IMG/VR virus record: IMGVR_UViG_3300035171_000016
Coordinates: 64,001 to 128,000 of that record
Origin: a virus
Direction: 5' to 3' (one strand)
Length of the DNA: 64,000 nucleotides
The translations under genes and the position numbers were made by a program. Shown here in pieces: positions 27,504-36,306 of the stretch. Within the stretch, counting starts at the first letter, position 1; every line of letters begins with the position of its first letter. Under the pieces are notes generated by a model. The model worked only from the letters and a program-made list of their open reading frames with translations. It did no database searches and was not told the DNA's origin.

Positions 27504-29636
27504 ATGAATAAAGAAAAAGAAGCGGTTAATTATTTAGAAGAAATTTCAAACTTTATATTTTTAAGTAAATATAGTAGATATAACGAAAAATTAGAAAGAA
27601 GAGAGTCTTGGGCAGAGGCGGTTGGTAGAGTAGAGCAAATGCATCTTAAAAAATACTCCTATCTTTCAGAATTAGATAAAAAAATAATCTCAAAAGCTTT
27701 TGATTCGGTTAGAGATAAAAGAGTTGTTCCGTCAATGCGCTCCCTGCAATTTGGTGGTAAGGCTATCGAGGCCAAAAACGAAAGAATTTATAACTGTGCC
27801 GTTAGGCACGTTGATTCTCTAAGAGCTTTTTCAGAAGTATTTTATCTTCTCTTATGCGGGTGTGGAGTAGGTCTAGGATTATCTAAATATTTTCTTAATA
27901 GAATTCCTGACTTAGTTGGAGAAAAAGATAAGACCGGAACCGTATTAACTTATCAAGTTTTAGATTCTATTGAAGGCTGGGCCGATTCTTTAGAGGTATT
28001 ATTAATGTGTTATTTTAAAAACACTCCTTTGACTGGAAGAAAAATTGTATTTGATTATTCTAAAATTAGACCAGAAGGTTCTCTACTTAAAACAGGCGGC
28101 GGTAAGGCACCCGGATATAAAGGTTTAAAGTTTTGCCATAAAAAGATTAAAGAACTTCTTGACCATGTTATAGAATATAAACATCAAAATCGTTTAAAAT
28201 CTGTAGATGCCTATGATATAATCATGCACGCCGCCGACGCCGTATTAAGTGGCGGAGTAAGAAGAAGTTCTACAAGCGTTATCTTTGATAAGGATGACGA
28301 AGACATGATTAACGCAAAAGCTAAATTTAAAGTTGATAAGGTTTTTACTTTTCATTGTATCGGAGAAGAAACTCTAGGCGGATTTACTAATAAAATTTAT
28401 GAAGGTAAAATTAATTTTGAAGGAACTAGAAGAGAAATTCAAATTAAAGATTACGAACTAGAAGACCTACAAAAAAATAATCTAGTAAGTTGGAGCCATC
28501 TTTTTCCTCAAAGGGCTAGGTCTAATAACAGCGTATTATTACTAAGAGATAGTACCACTCAAAAAGAATTTAATGATATTCTTCAAAGAACCAAGCAGTT
28601 TGGCGAGCCCGGTTTCGTATGGGGGAACCATCCTTGGCAATTATTTAATCCATGTTTTGAAATAGGTTTTATTCCTGTAACAAAAGATGGTATTTGTGGA
28701 GTACAATTCTGTAATTTAAGCTCTCAAAACGGAAGAAAAATTACATCTTTGGAGGAATTCAGAGAATCGGTTGTGTCCGCTACTATTATTGGAACCTTAC
28801 AGGCAGGATATACTCATTTTCCATACCTATCAAAAGCCGCAGAAGAGCTTACTAAAGAAGAGGCATTATTAGGCGTTAGTATTACTGGAATTATGGATAA
28901 TCCAGATATTATCCTAAATCCTGACATACAAAAAGAAATGGCAAAATTAGCAGTACAAATCAATAAAGAATGGAGCAAGAAAATAGGTATTAATCAGGCC
29001 GCAAGAATTACTTGTGTTAAACCAGAAGGTACTTCTAGTTTGGTATTAGGAACTGGTTCGGGAATCCATCCTCACCATGATAGAAGATATTTTAGAAGAG
29101 TAATGGCCAACAAAAATGAGAATATCTATAAACATTTTAAAAAGGTAAATTCTAAACTAGTTGAGCCTTCAGTTTGGTCTGCTACTAAAACGGATGATGT
29201 TATTACTTTTCCTATAGAAGTATCTAGTAAAGCTATTATCAAAAAGGATTTAAATGCCATTAAGCATTTAGAGTACATTAAATCAACTCAACAAAACTGG
29301 GTTCTATCAGGAACCACAGAAGTTAATTCTAAGCCGGTAGAACACAATGTTAGCTGTACAGTTATCGTTAAAGATACAGAATGGGATAGCATTTCTAAAT
29401 TTATCTATGAAAATAGAAGGTTTTATGCAGCTATTTCTTTCGTACCAGATGGTAGCGATAAAATATACCAACAATCTCCTATGGAAGCCGTAGTAGATGA
29501 AAAAGACGAAATTAATTGGAATAATATTATTGCTCATTTTAATAAGGTAGATTATAAGTCTCTTAAAGAAAACGACGATAATACCGCTCATATTCAGGAA
29601 ATAGTTTGTGCTGGAGGGGCTTGTCAACTAATTTAA
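27504..29636 (+). CDS. nrdJ: Class II (adenosylcobalamin) ribonucleotide reductase
   Basis: PSMR, YNC, GCGVG, GGVRRS, SNNS, NPCFEI, FCNL, GTLQA, CVKPEGT.S, C-terminal CAGGAC; no small subunit adjacent. Confidence 0.88.
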   Translation: MNKEKEAVNYLEEISNFIFLSKYSRYNEKLERRESWAEAVGRVEQMHLKKYSYLSELDKKIISKAFDSVRDKRVVPSMRSLQFGGKAIEAKNERIYNCAVRHVDSLRAFSEVFYLLLCGCGVGLGLSKYFLNRIPDLVGEKDKTGTVLTYQVLDSIEGWADSLEVLLMCYFKNTPLTGRKIVFDYSKIRPEGSLLKTGGGKAPGYKGLKFCHKKIKELLDHVIEYKHQNRLKSVDAYDIIMHAADAVLSGGVRRSSTSVIFDKDDEDMINAKAKFKVDKVFTFHCIGEETLGGFTNKIYEGKINFEGTRREIQIKDYELEDLQKNNLVSWSHLFPQRARSNNSVLLLRDSTTQKEFNDILQRTKQFGEPGFVWGNHPWQLFNPCFEIGFIPVTKDGICGVQFCNLSSQNGRKITSLEEFRESVVSATIIGTLQAGYTHFPYLSKAAEELTKEEALLGVSITGIMDNPDIILNPDIQKEMAKLAVQINKEWSKKIGINQAARITCVKPEGTSSLVLGTGSGIHPHHDRRYFRRVMANKNENIYKHFKKVNSKLVEPSVWSATKTDDVITFPIEVSSKAIIKKDLNAIKHLEYIKSTQQNWVLSGTTEVNSKPVEHNVSCTVIVKDTEWDSISKFIYENRRFYAAISFVPDGSDKIYQQSPMEAVVDEKDEINWNNIIAHFNKVDYKSLKENDDNTAHIQEIVCAGGACQLI

Positions 29637-29673
29637 TATTTCACAGTTGGTATATATGGTGTAAAAACCATAT

Positions 29674-30225
29674 ATGAGAAGAAATAAAAAATTAAAACTT
29701 GACCTTACTGGACAAAAGTTTGGAGATTTAAGTGTTGTAACATGGACTAAATTTAAAAATTTACATCGGGTGTGGATGTGCAAGTGTTCTTGTGGAAAAG
29801 AGCATGAGGTTCTTGGAACTCACCTAGTTTCTGGACTTACTAAATCGTGCGGATGTAAAAACCATAAAAGTAAATCTGATAGCCCGTGTTGGACTGGATA
29901 TGGAGATATAAGCGGAGGAATGTTTTCTGGAATTAAGTTAAGAGCCAAAAAATATAATATTATATTTAATATTACGATAGAGTATATTTGGAATCTTTTT
30001 TTAGAACAAAAAAAGAAATGTGCGTTAAGTGGTATAGAAATAACAATGCCAGAAAAAAGCGGTTCTAGACCTACCGCATCTCTTGACAGAATTGATTCAT
30101 CAAAGGGGTATATCGAGGGTAATGTTCAATGGGTTCATAAAGATGTAAATTGGATGAAAAATAGCTTTAATCAAGATTATTTTATTTTTATATGCAAGCA
30201 AATAGCAAATAATAACACTATATAA
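29674..30225 (+). CDS. HNH-type homing endonuclease
   Basis: LTGQKFG.L.V, CKCSCG, SG.TKSCGC, SLDRIDSSKGY..GNVQWV...N.MK. Confidence 0.88.
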   Translation: MRRNKKLKLDLTGQKFGDLSVVTWTKFKNLHRVWMCKCSCGKEHEVLGTHLVSGLTKSCGCKNHKSKSDSPCWTGYGDISGGMFSGIKLRAKKYNIIFNITIEYIWNLFLEQKKKCALSGIEITMPEKSGSRPTASLDRIDSSKGYIEGNVQWVHKDVNWMKNSFNQDYFIFICKQIANNNTI

Positions 30226-30298
30226 TTATTATTTATTTTATTATTAAGTGTAAATTTATACAAATAAACATATAACAACTATTTAATACTAAAAAATA

Positions 30299-30550
30299 AT
30301 GAACGATATGGGAACAGATTCTCAATTACAGGAACTACAGAAAGAGTGGAGAGAAAGTACATCTAGAAAGCTAGATTATCTTACAGAGAAAATAGACGGC
30401 CTCCCCTCTTTATTTGCCAATCAATTAGAGTTTAAAACCCTAAAGAATGAAGTAGAAGAGCTTAAAACTTTCAGAAACAAGGCTCTTGGCGGCATTCTGG
30501 TATTTAATTTCCTTATTGCATTAATTGGATATTTAATAGGCCATCATTAA
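30299..30550 (+). CDS. Coiled-coil plus C-terminal TM protein (XhlA/holin-like)
   Basis: Heptad N-terminus, single C-terminal transmembrane helix; GTGTA motif upstream. Confidence 0.5.
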   Translation: MNDMGTDSQLQELQKEWRESTSRKLDYLTEKIDGLPSLFANQLEFKTLKNEVEELKTFRNKALGGILVFNFLIALIGYLIGHH

Positions 30551-30556
30551 ATAAAG

Positions 30557-30585
30557 TTGACTATTTTCATATAAAACTATATAAT
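30557..30585 (+). promoter_or_regulatory. Sigma70-type promoter
   Basis: TTGACT-17-TATAAT, 6 nt before ATG 30592. Confidence 0.85.
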
Positions 30586-30591
30586 TAATCA

Positions 30592-31386
30592 ATGTTGACA
30601 TATGTTATTATAGACTATAATCGTCCCTTTGAGAGTGAATTATGTTTAAAATCTATACATAAATACTCTAAATTCGATTATAAAATTGTATATCTCTCAA
30701 ATGGCGGAGAGCAAGACTATGCTATTAACTTTTATAAAAATTCTCTAATAGATAAGTTAATTCTAAGAAAAAAGAACTCTGGATGCGGACTCGCAATGAG
30801 AGAGGCTTTTAATGATTTTGACCTAGAATCCGATTATATTGCTTTAATTCAGTGTGACCAATTCCTTATTAGAGAATACTCTAAAGAAGAGCTAGATTAC
30901 CATATAAGCCTCTTAGAAAGTAAAAGGCACCTTTATATTGATTTGGCCGGAAATCAAGGCAATGGCAATCCTAGCGAAAGAGCGCACCTAATAAATAAAT
31001 ATGAGTACCGTAAGATTCCAAATACAATTGGTGGTCCCGGCCCATATGCTAATGAGGTTTGGACTGAAAAATCGTTTCAAGATTATATAAAAAATAATAA
31101 TTTATCGTTTTTTACTTGCCCACTTTTATTTGCCGATAATGGTAAAATATCTAGAAGAGAATATCCGTGTGGGGGAGAGCTGATTCAGTATACCGATGAA
31201 AAATCTGTTTTTATTACCAAGCCAATTAAAAATAGAGTAGATTTTCCAAACTTACATCTTACCGATAAAGAATGGTCTGATATTATTCAAAATAAATGGA
31301 TTAACGGTACTGTTCCAGAAATGCATAAAAAAGATAGCTTTTTATACTGGAGAGAACCATATACAACTAAAAATACAAATGTCTAA
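30592..31386 (+). CDS. Glycosyltransferase family 2-like
   Basis: VII.YNRP....CL.SI, NGG, N.G.G, QCDQ. Confidence 0.75.
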   Translation: MLTYVIIDYNRPFESELCLKSIHKYSKFDYKIVYLSNGGEQDYAINFYKNSLIDKLILRKKNSGCGLAMREAFNDFDLESDYIALIQCDQFLIREYSKEELDYHISLLESKRHLYIDLAGNQGNGNPSERAHLINKYEYRKIPNTIGGPGPYANEVWTEKSFQDYIKNNNLSFFTCPLLFADNGKISRREYPCGGELIQYTDEKSVFITKPIKNRVDFPNLHLTDKEWSDIIQNKWINGTVPEMHKKDSFLYWREPYTTKNTNV

Positions 31387-32218
31387 AATATTCTTAGCAA
31401 TATCAACCGGCGCAGGAGAAATAGAAAATATTAAAGAGTTAACAGCTAGTTTCTATAATTTTGATGGATTAGCAGTTACATATCATGGCACAAAAGAAGA
31501 CGAGGAATATAAATTATTAGAAAATAGGAAAGGTAATGGATTTGTTGAAATAATTCCTTATTTTGGACACCACGGACATGATTTAAATCATATTTTATTT
31601 AATCCTAAAATAGACCAATCTAGCTGGCTTTTATTAAGAGATAGTAGTGAAAGAGTAAATCCAGACTTTGCCGCCAATATTAAAGATTTTATAAAAATGC
31701 TAGAATATAATGGTATAAATACTGTATATAATTATAGTAAATTATTACTTTTTAAAAGATTTCCGCATCAATATTTTGTTAATAGTCCGCATTGGGGTTT
31801 GGTAGGAGTACAAGATAAGATGATTTCCATAGAAGCCTCTGGCCTTTTTAGCAGAGAAGAAGATTATTGTTATAGTATAAGAAATAGAAATAGAGATAAA
31901 TATCATTTTGTATGGCATTATTTAAAATATTTCTCTAATATTCTTGATAGTAATCATTGTCTTTTAGGAAACGAAAAGAACCAAAACCAATTTCAAATTG
32001 ATGAAGGGAACCGTAGACAATTTAGACGCTATTTAGAAACAAATAATTATCTCCCCTTAACGCCGGAGAAATTTATTTGGATTTGTAATAATAAATTAGA
32101 AGATATTAAATATCTAATAAATAACAATAAAATACTAAATGATGCCTATAGATATTTAGTATTAAAACAAACAGATTTTAATGATGACCACGATAATAAT
32201 AATCTTGTTAAAATATGA
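31379..32218 (+). CDS. Glycosyltransferase family 2-like (divergent)
   Basis: N..L...W.LL.DSSER, PH; resembles the other GT-A ORFs in this window. Confidence 0.55.
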   Translation: MSKIFLAISTGAGEIENIKELTASFYNFDGLAVTYHGTKEDEEYKLLENRKGNGFVEIIPYFGHHGHDLNHILFNPKIDQSSWLLLRDSSERVNPDFAANIKDFIKMLEYNGINTVYNYSKLLLFKRFPHQYFVNSPHWGLVGVQDKMISIEASGLFSREEDYCYSIRNRNRDKYHFVWHYLKYFSNILDSNHCLLGNEKNQNQFQIDEGNRRQFRRYLETNNYLPLTPEKFIWICNNKLEDIKYLINNNKILNDAYRYLVLKQTDFNDDHDNNNLVKI

Positions 32219-32472
32219 ATAAAAAAAACAAAACACTAATCAAAATAGTTGAAAAAGACTTAATGAAAGATGAAGTCTGGGGATATGCGTATGTAAATAA
32301 GAATCTAATTGAATTAGAACAATTAATGAAAGGTAGAAGAAGATTTTCTGTACTTATTCACGAATTAGTTCATAAAGCGTTACCAGAGTTAACCGAAAAA
32401 GAAACAACAAGAGTTGAGAAAATTTTATTCAGAAACTTGTGGGCGCAAAATTATAGGAAAGTTGACCAATGA
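32215..32472 (+). CDS. Minimal zincin-like protein
   Basis: WGYA....I.L.........VLIHELVH....E. Confidence 0.65.
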   Translation: MNKKNKTLIKIVEKDLMKDEVWGYAYVNKNLIELEQLMKGRRRFSVLIHELVHKALPELTEKETTRVEKILFRNLWAQNYRKVDQ

Positions 32473-33188
32473 TAAATTTAATAAATATTAAAACTTTAAA
32501 AACTGGCGAAGGTTTTGATGTATATATAGGTAGATATAATAAAGCTGGAGAATTTCCCGAATCAATATGGAAAAATCCTTATATAATTGGCGTTCATGGC
32601 GATAGAGAGTTTTGTATAGAAAAATATAAATTATATTTAAATACAAGGCCAGATTTGCTTAGAAGATTAGGAGATTTAAAAAACAAAACTTTAGGGTGTT
32701 GGTGTGTCCCTGAGAAATGTCATGGAGAAATTTTAATAAAACTATCAGAAAGTAAATATATCAGGAATTGGTTTAGTAATATGCTGCCATTTGACGAGCC
32801 AATGATTTATCAAGATATTATGTTTAAAACTCCTGAAAATTTTTATCAAGCTATGAAGCTTCCTAAGCATGATATTGCACTAAGAAAAGAGATAGCTGAT
32901 ATGCTTCCATTTGAAGCTAAAAAAGCAATTAGAGATAAATCTAAGTATAAATGGAGAGAAGACTGGTCACGAGAAAAGGCTCTTAAAATAATGAAATATA
33001 CTTTAGATTTTAAATTTAAAAAAGGAACTTCTTGGTATAATAAACTAGTAATGACCGAAAACTGGGAAATAACAGAATGGAATAACTGGGGAGATTTATA
33101 TTGGGGCAAAGATATTAACACCGGAAAAGGAGAAAATAATCTAGGAAAAATTTTGATGGAAATTAGGAGTAATTATAAAAATGATTAA
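32469..33188 (+). CDS. DUF4326-NADAR fusion protein
   Basis: N-half DVYIGR..S.WKNPY..GDR...LGCWC.P..CHG; C-half FSN, ENFYQAMK, KF, E.N.WGD.YWG...G.N.LGKILMEIR. Confidence 0.85.
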   Translation: MINLINIKTLKTGEGFDVYIGRYNKAGEFPESIWKNPYIIGVHGDREFCIEKYKLYLNTRPDLLRRLGDLKNKTLGCWCVPEKCHGEILIKLSESKYIRNWFSNMLPFDEPMIYQDIMFKTPENFYQAMKLPKHDIALRKEIADMLPFEAKKAIRDKSKYKWREDWSREKALKIMKYTLDFKFKKGTSWYNKLVMTENWEITEWNNWGDLYWGKDINTGKGENNLGKILMEIRSNYKND

Positions 33189-33891
33189 ATTAGAAGACAT
33201 TTCTAGCGAAATTTCGTTTGATGAGCCAACCCATGTTTATAAAAATAAAAAAGGAAAAATATTAACCTCTGTTACAACCTGTCTCGGAGAATATAAAGAA
33301 AAGTTTGACCCGACAGGTATAATTGCTTTAATGTGTGCTAAAAGAGCCGGAATAAGCAAAGATGAAATGTTAAATAAATGGAAAATAGAAAATAAAAGAG
33401 CTTGTGACTACGGACACTCTGTTCACGCTCAAATTGAACATTTTTTAAAAACTCAAGAAATAAAAGATACTCCAGAAAAGGATATAGTAGAAGACTTTTC
33501 TAAAATAGAATTTAAAGGTAAAATTTATTCAGAATTAAGATTAAAATCTGATAAGTTTTCACTGGCGGGTACCTGTGATATAGCGACTCTTGATAAAAAA
33601 ATGGTGTCAATCCATGATTTAAAGACCAACAAAGCTTTTAATATTAAATCTAAATATGGTAATAAATTTTTATATCCATTAAATGATTTAGATGAAAACC
33701 ATTTAACTAGCTATTCTTTACAAATTATTATTTATGGAGAAATGGTAAAAGAACATGGGTACGATTTTATACCCGGACAAATACTTTGGATTAATCCTAA
33801 AACTAGGAAAATTGAGAAATATGATGTATTAGACCTTAGAAAAGAGGCTAGTAGATTATTGCATCATTTCAAATCTATTCAAGATTTTTAA
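33181..33891 (+). CDS. PD-(D/E)XK exonuclease (Cas4/RecB-like)
   Basis: FDE.TH.Y, SVTT, G..VH..IE, AGTCD, DLKT, YSLQ..IY. Confidence 0.85.
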   Translation: MIKLEDISSEISFDEPTHVYKNKKGKILTSVTTCLGEYKEKFDPTGIIALMCAKRAGISKDEMLNKWKIENKRACDYGHSVHAQIEHFLKTQEIKDTPEKDIVEDFSKIEFKGKIYSELRLKSDKFSLAGTCDIATLDKKMVSIHDLKTNKAFNIKSKYGNKFLYPLNDLDENHLTSYSLQIIIYGEMVKEHGYDFIPGQILWINPKTRKIEKYDVLDLRKEASRLLHHFKSIQDF

Positions 33892-33895
33892 TATC

Positions 33896-33924
33896 TTGAC
33901 TTTTTTTGTTTAATGAAATAGAAT
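33896..33924 (+). promoter_or_regulatory. Sigma70-type promoter
   Basis: TTGACT-17-TAGAAT, 5 nt before ATG 33930. Confidence 0.75.
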
Positions 33925-33929
33925 ACTTT

Positions 33930-34394
33930 ATGGCTGCTAAAACTTTTTCGTTTTCTAAACAATTAAAACAGGGCGAATTAGGCGAGCAATTCTTTATTAA
34001 ATGTTATCATAATTTAAATCCAAGAAAAAGCTCTGCTAGAGAAGTGGATATTTTCATTAATAAAAACGAAACTGTTGAACTAAAATCAGATAGCTATGGA
34101 GAGAATTTAACCGAAAACTTTTTTATAGAACTTGTAGGTAATACGGAATCAGGCAAGCTTGGAGGGGCTCATTTAGCATTAAAAAATGGACTAGATTACT
34201 TTGTATATCATTATACTCCAAATAAATCATTTTATTGGTTTCGTCCATCAGATTTAGTAGATTTTATTGATAAAAATGGACATGAATTTAAAAGAAAAGA
34301 AGTTAAGAATGTAGGTTGGTCAAGTATTGGCCTACTTATACCACGCGATAAAATATCCCACCTTATTATTAAAAAAGATATATTTAATGAATAA
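33930..34394 (+). CDS. Putative PD-(D/E)XK endonuclease
   Basis: L..GE.GE, VD....VELKSD....T.NFFIE. Confidence 0.7.
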   Translation: MAAKTFSFSKQLKQGELGEQFFIKCYHNLNPRKSSAREVDIFINKNETVELKSDSYGENLTENFFIELVGNTESGKLGGAHLALKNGLDYFVYHYTPNKSFYWFRPSDLVDFIDKNGHEFKRKEVKNVGWSSIGLLIPRDKISHLIIKKDIFNE

Positions 34395-34599
34395 TAATAT
34401 TTTTACTTGTAAAATTGAAGATTTAAAAGATTTTAGTCTTGTAATTCCGACTAAAGACTGTTACTATTTACCTGATGATGTTATAGTTATAAACGAGCAT
34501 AGAAAAGTTTTAACCTGTGCAAAAATTTCTTCTTATAATACTTTGATAAAAAAGTATATAGAAGTAGTCGAAGAACCAAAAACATATAGAAAAAAATAA
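34387..34599 (+). CDS. Hypothetical protein
   Basis: ORF overlapping upstream stop. Confidence 0.55.
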   Translation: MNNNIFTCKIEDLKDFSLVIPTKDCYYLPDDVIVINEHRKVLTCAKISSYNTLIKKYIEVVEEPKTYRKK

Positions 34600-34600
34600 T

Positions 34601-34804
34601 ATGGGAACAGCAGACAATATTCTAGAAAACATTAAACTTTTAGAAGACCAAAAACTTCAATATATTCTTGCGGTCTGGACTCCAGAAACAAAGAATGATA
34701 AAGATGTTGTTAATTTGTATACTAATTTTGAAAAGGGCGAGGTAAAAAAACTTATAGAGGTTTTAAAAGGCGCGACGGTAGACGCCATTCAAAAAAAACC
34801 GTAA
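34601..34804 (+). CDS. Hypothetical protein
   Basis: ORF in operon. Confidence 0.6.
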   Translation: MGTADNILENIKLLEDQKLQYILAVWTPETKNDKDVVNLYTNFEKGEVKKLIEVLKGATVDAIQKKP

Positions 34805-34805
34805 T

Positions 34806-35564
34806 ATGAATAAAAATATTTTACCAATATTTTCTTCTCATTTTTCTTTAGGAAAGTCAACTCTTACTTTGGAAAAACCAGAGCCGATAGAGGATAATAA
34901 GCCTATTTCAATTTTTTCTATAGCTAAAGAAAACAAGTTAACTGAAATTTATTTAGTTGAAAATAATTTTAGTGGTTTTATTCAGGCTTATAAAACGTCC
35001 AAAGATAATAAAATTAATCTTAAATTCGGATTAAAATTAGTAATTTGTAATGATTTAGCCGACAAATCCGAAGCCTCCTTTAAAACAGAGTCAAAGGTTA
35101 TTATATGGATGAAAAATTCTGATGCTTATAAAGATTTAATTCGTATATATTCAAAGGCCGCGACTGATGGATTTTATTATTTACCAAGATTAGATTGGAA
35201 ACATTTACAAGAAATGTTTACTAATAATTTAATACTTTCTATTCCTAGTTATGGTTCATTCTTACATAATAATCTTTTAAAGGGGTACGAGTGTGTTCCA
35301 GATTTCGGAAAATTAAAATATAATATAATGTATAGTAGGATGTCGCTTCCATTTGACTTTCTGATTGAGGAAAACCATAAGAACTATGCTAAAAATAATA
35401 ATATTGAGATATTAGAAACACATCCTATTTATTTTTATAGCCTAAAACAGTTAGATTCATATATTTGCTTTAAGGCAATCCATAAAAGAGGTCAGTTTTC
35501 TGCTCCTAAAATTGATAATCACGGTTCTTCCGATTTTTGTTGGGAAAATTATAAAAATAAATAG
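34806..35564 (+). CDS. Stand-alone PHP domain of DNA Pol III alpha
   Basis: SHFSLGKS, E..FSGF..AY......I.LKFG, KN..AYKDLI.I.S.A..GFYY.PRLD. Confidence 0.85.
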   Translation: MNKNILPIFSSHFSLGKSTLTLEKPEPIEDNKPISIFSIAKENKLTEIYLVENNFSGFIQAYKTSKDNKINLKFGLKLVICNDLADKSEASFKTESKVIIWMKNSDAYKDLIRIYSKAATDGFYYLPRLDWKHLQEMFTNNLILSIPSYGSFLHNNLLKGYECVPDFGKLKYNIMYSRMSLPFDFLIEENHKNYAKNNNIEILETHPIYFYSLKQLDSYICFKAIHKRGQFSAPKIDNHGSSDFCWENYKNK

Positions 35565-35650
35565 TTAGAAACAAAAAAAATATTTAATTATTTATATAAA
35601 AATATAAATTTCTCATTAAAAAGAAAACTTAATGAATTTAAAAAAATAAT

Positions 35651-36298
35651 ATGCTAGATTCCAAACTACTAAAATACAATATATCAAATTATAAATTTCT
35701 CTGTTTCGACGTTGAGAGCGAGGGATTAAATCTTCTAAAATCAAGGCCATGGGAAATCGCATGGACTGTTTATCACGGCTATAATAAGATAGAAAGCCAT
35801 CAACACTTCGTAAAATGGCACGAGCTTAATGTTTCTATTGGTGCGGCTAAGGCCACAGGATTTAACCCGGCCATAATTGAAGAAAAAGGTGAAAATCCTA
35901 AAGATGTTATTGACTTATTTGATAATTATATATACAATAAGGAATACAAATTAATTACGGCTAATGGGCTAGGCTTTGATACCTATATTCATAATTTATC
36001 AAGAAAACTATTGGGATATAAAACTGATTATTCCTATTTAGATAGGATGTACGATATTTTATCAATGGGTAGGGCCTATAGACTAGGAATAAAACCGCCG
36101 GAAGAAAAAAAAGATTTTTTAGCATGGCAATATCGCCTTTTGCAGATTTTTCAGAAAGGGCTAAAATGTAAAAACGCAGAGCTAGCTAGAGAGTTCGGTT
36201 TTGAAGTTGACGAATCAAAACTACATATTGGAGCATATGATTGCGAATTAACCGCATTTTCATTCTTTAATTTAATTAAAAAAATAGATATACAATAA
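35651..36298 (+). CDS. DEDDh 3'-5' exonuclease (DnaQ-like)
   Basis: FDVESEGL, NG.GFD, YD, LH.GAYD. Confidence 0.88.
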   Translation: MLDSKLLKYNISNYKFLCFDVESEGLNLLKSRPWEIAWTVYHGYNKIESHQHFVKWHELNVSIGAAKATGFNPAIIEEKGENPKDVIDLFDNYIYNKEYKLITANGLGFDTYIHNLSRKLLGYKTDYSYLDRMYDILSMGRAYRLGIKPPEEKKDFLAWQYRLLQIFQKGLKCKNAELAREFGFEVDESKLHIGAYDCELTAFSFFNLIKKIDIQ

Positions 36299-36306
36299 TT
36301 AATATA

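Noticed and set aside
27504-29636. Class I ribonucleotide reductase alpha subunit
   Set aside because: No adjacent beta subunit and no C-terminal tyrosine pair; motifs fit the monomeric class II type
35565-36306. Split intein or intron joining PHP and DnaE
   Set aside because: No Cys/Ser start or His-Asn end motifs; the intervening ORF is a DEDD exonuclease
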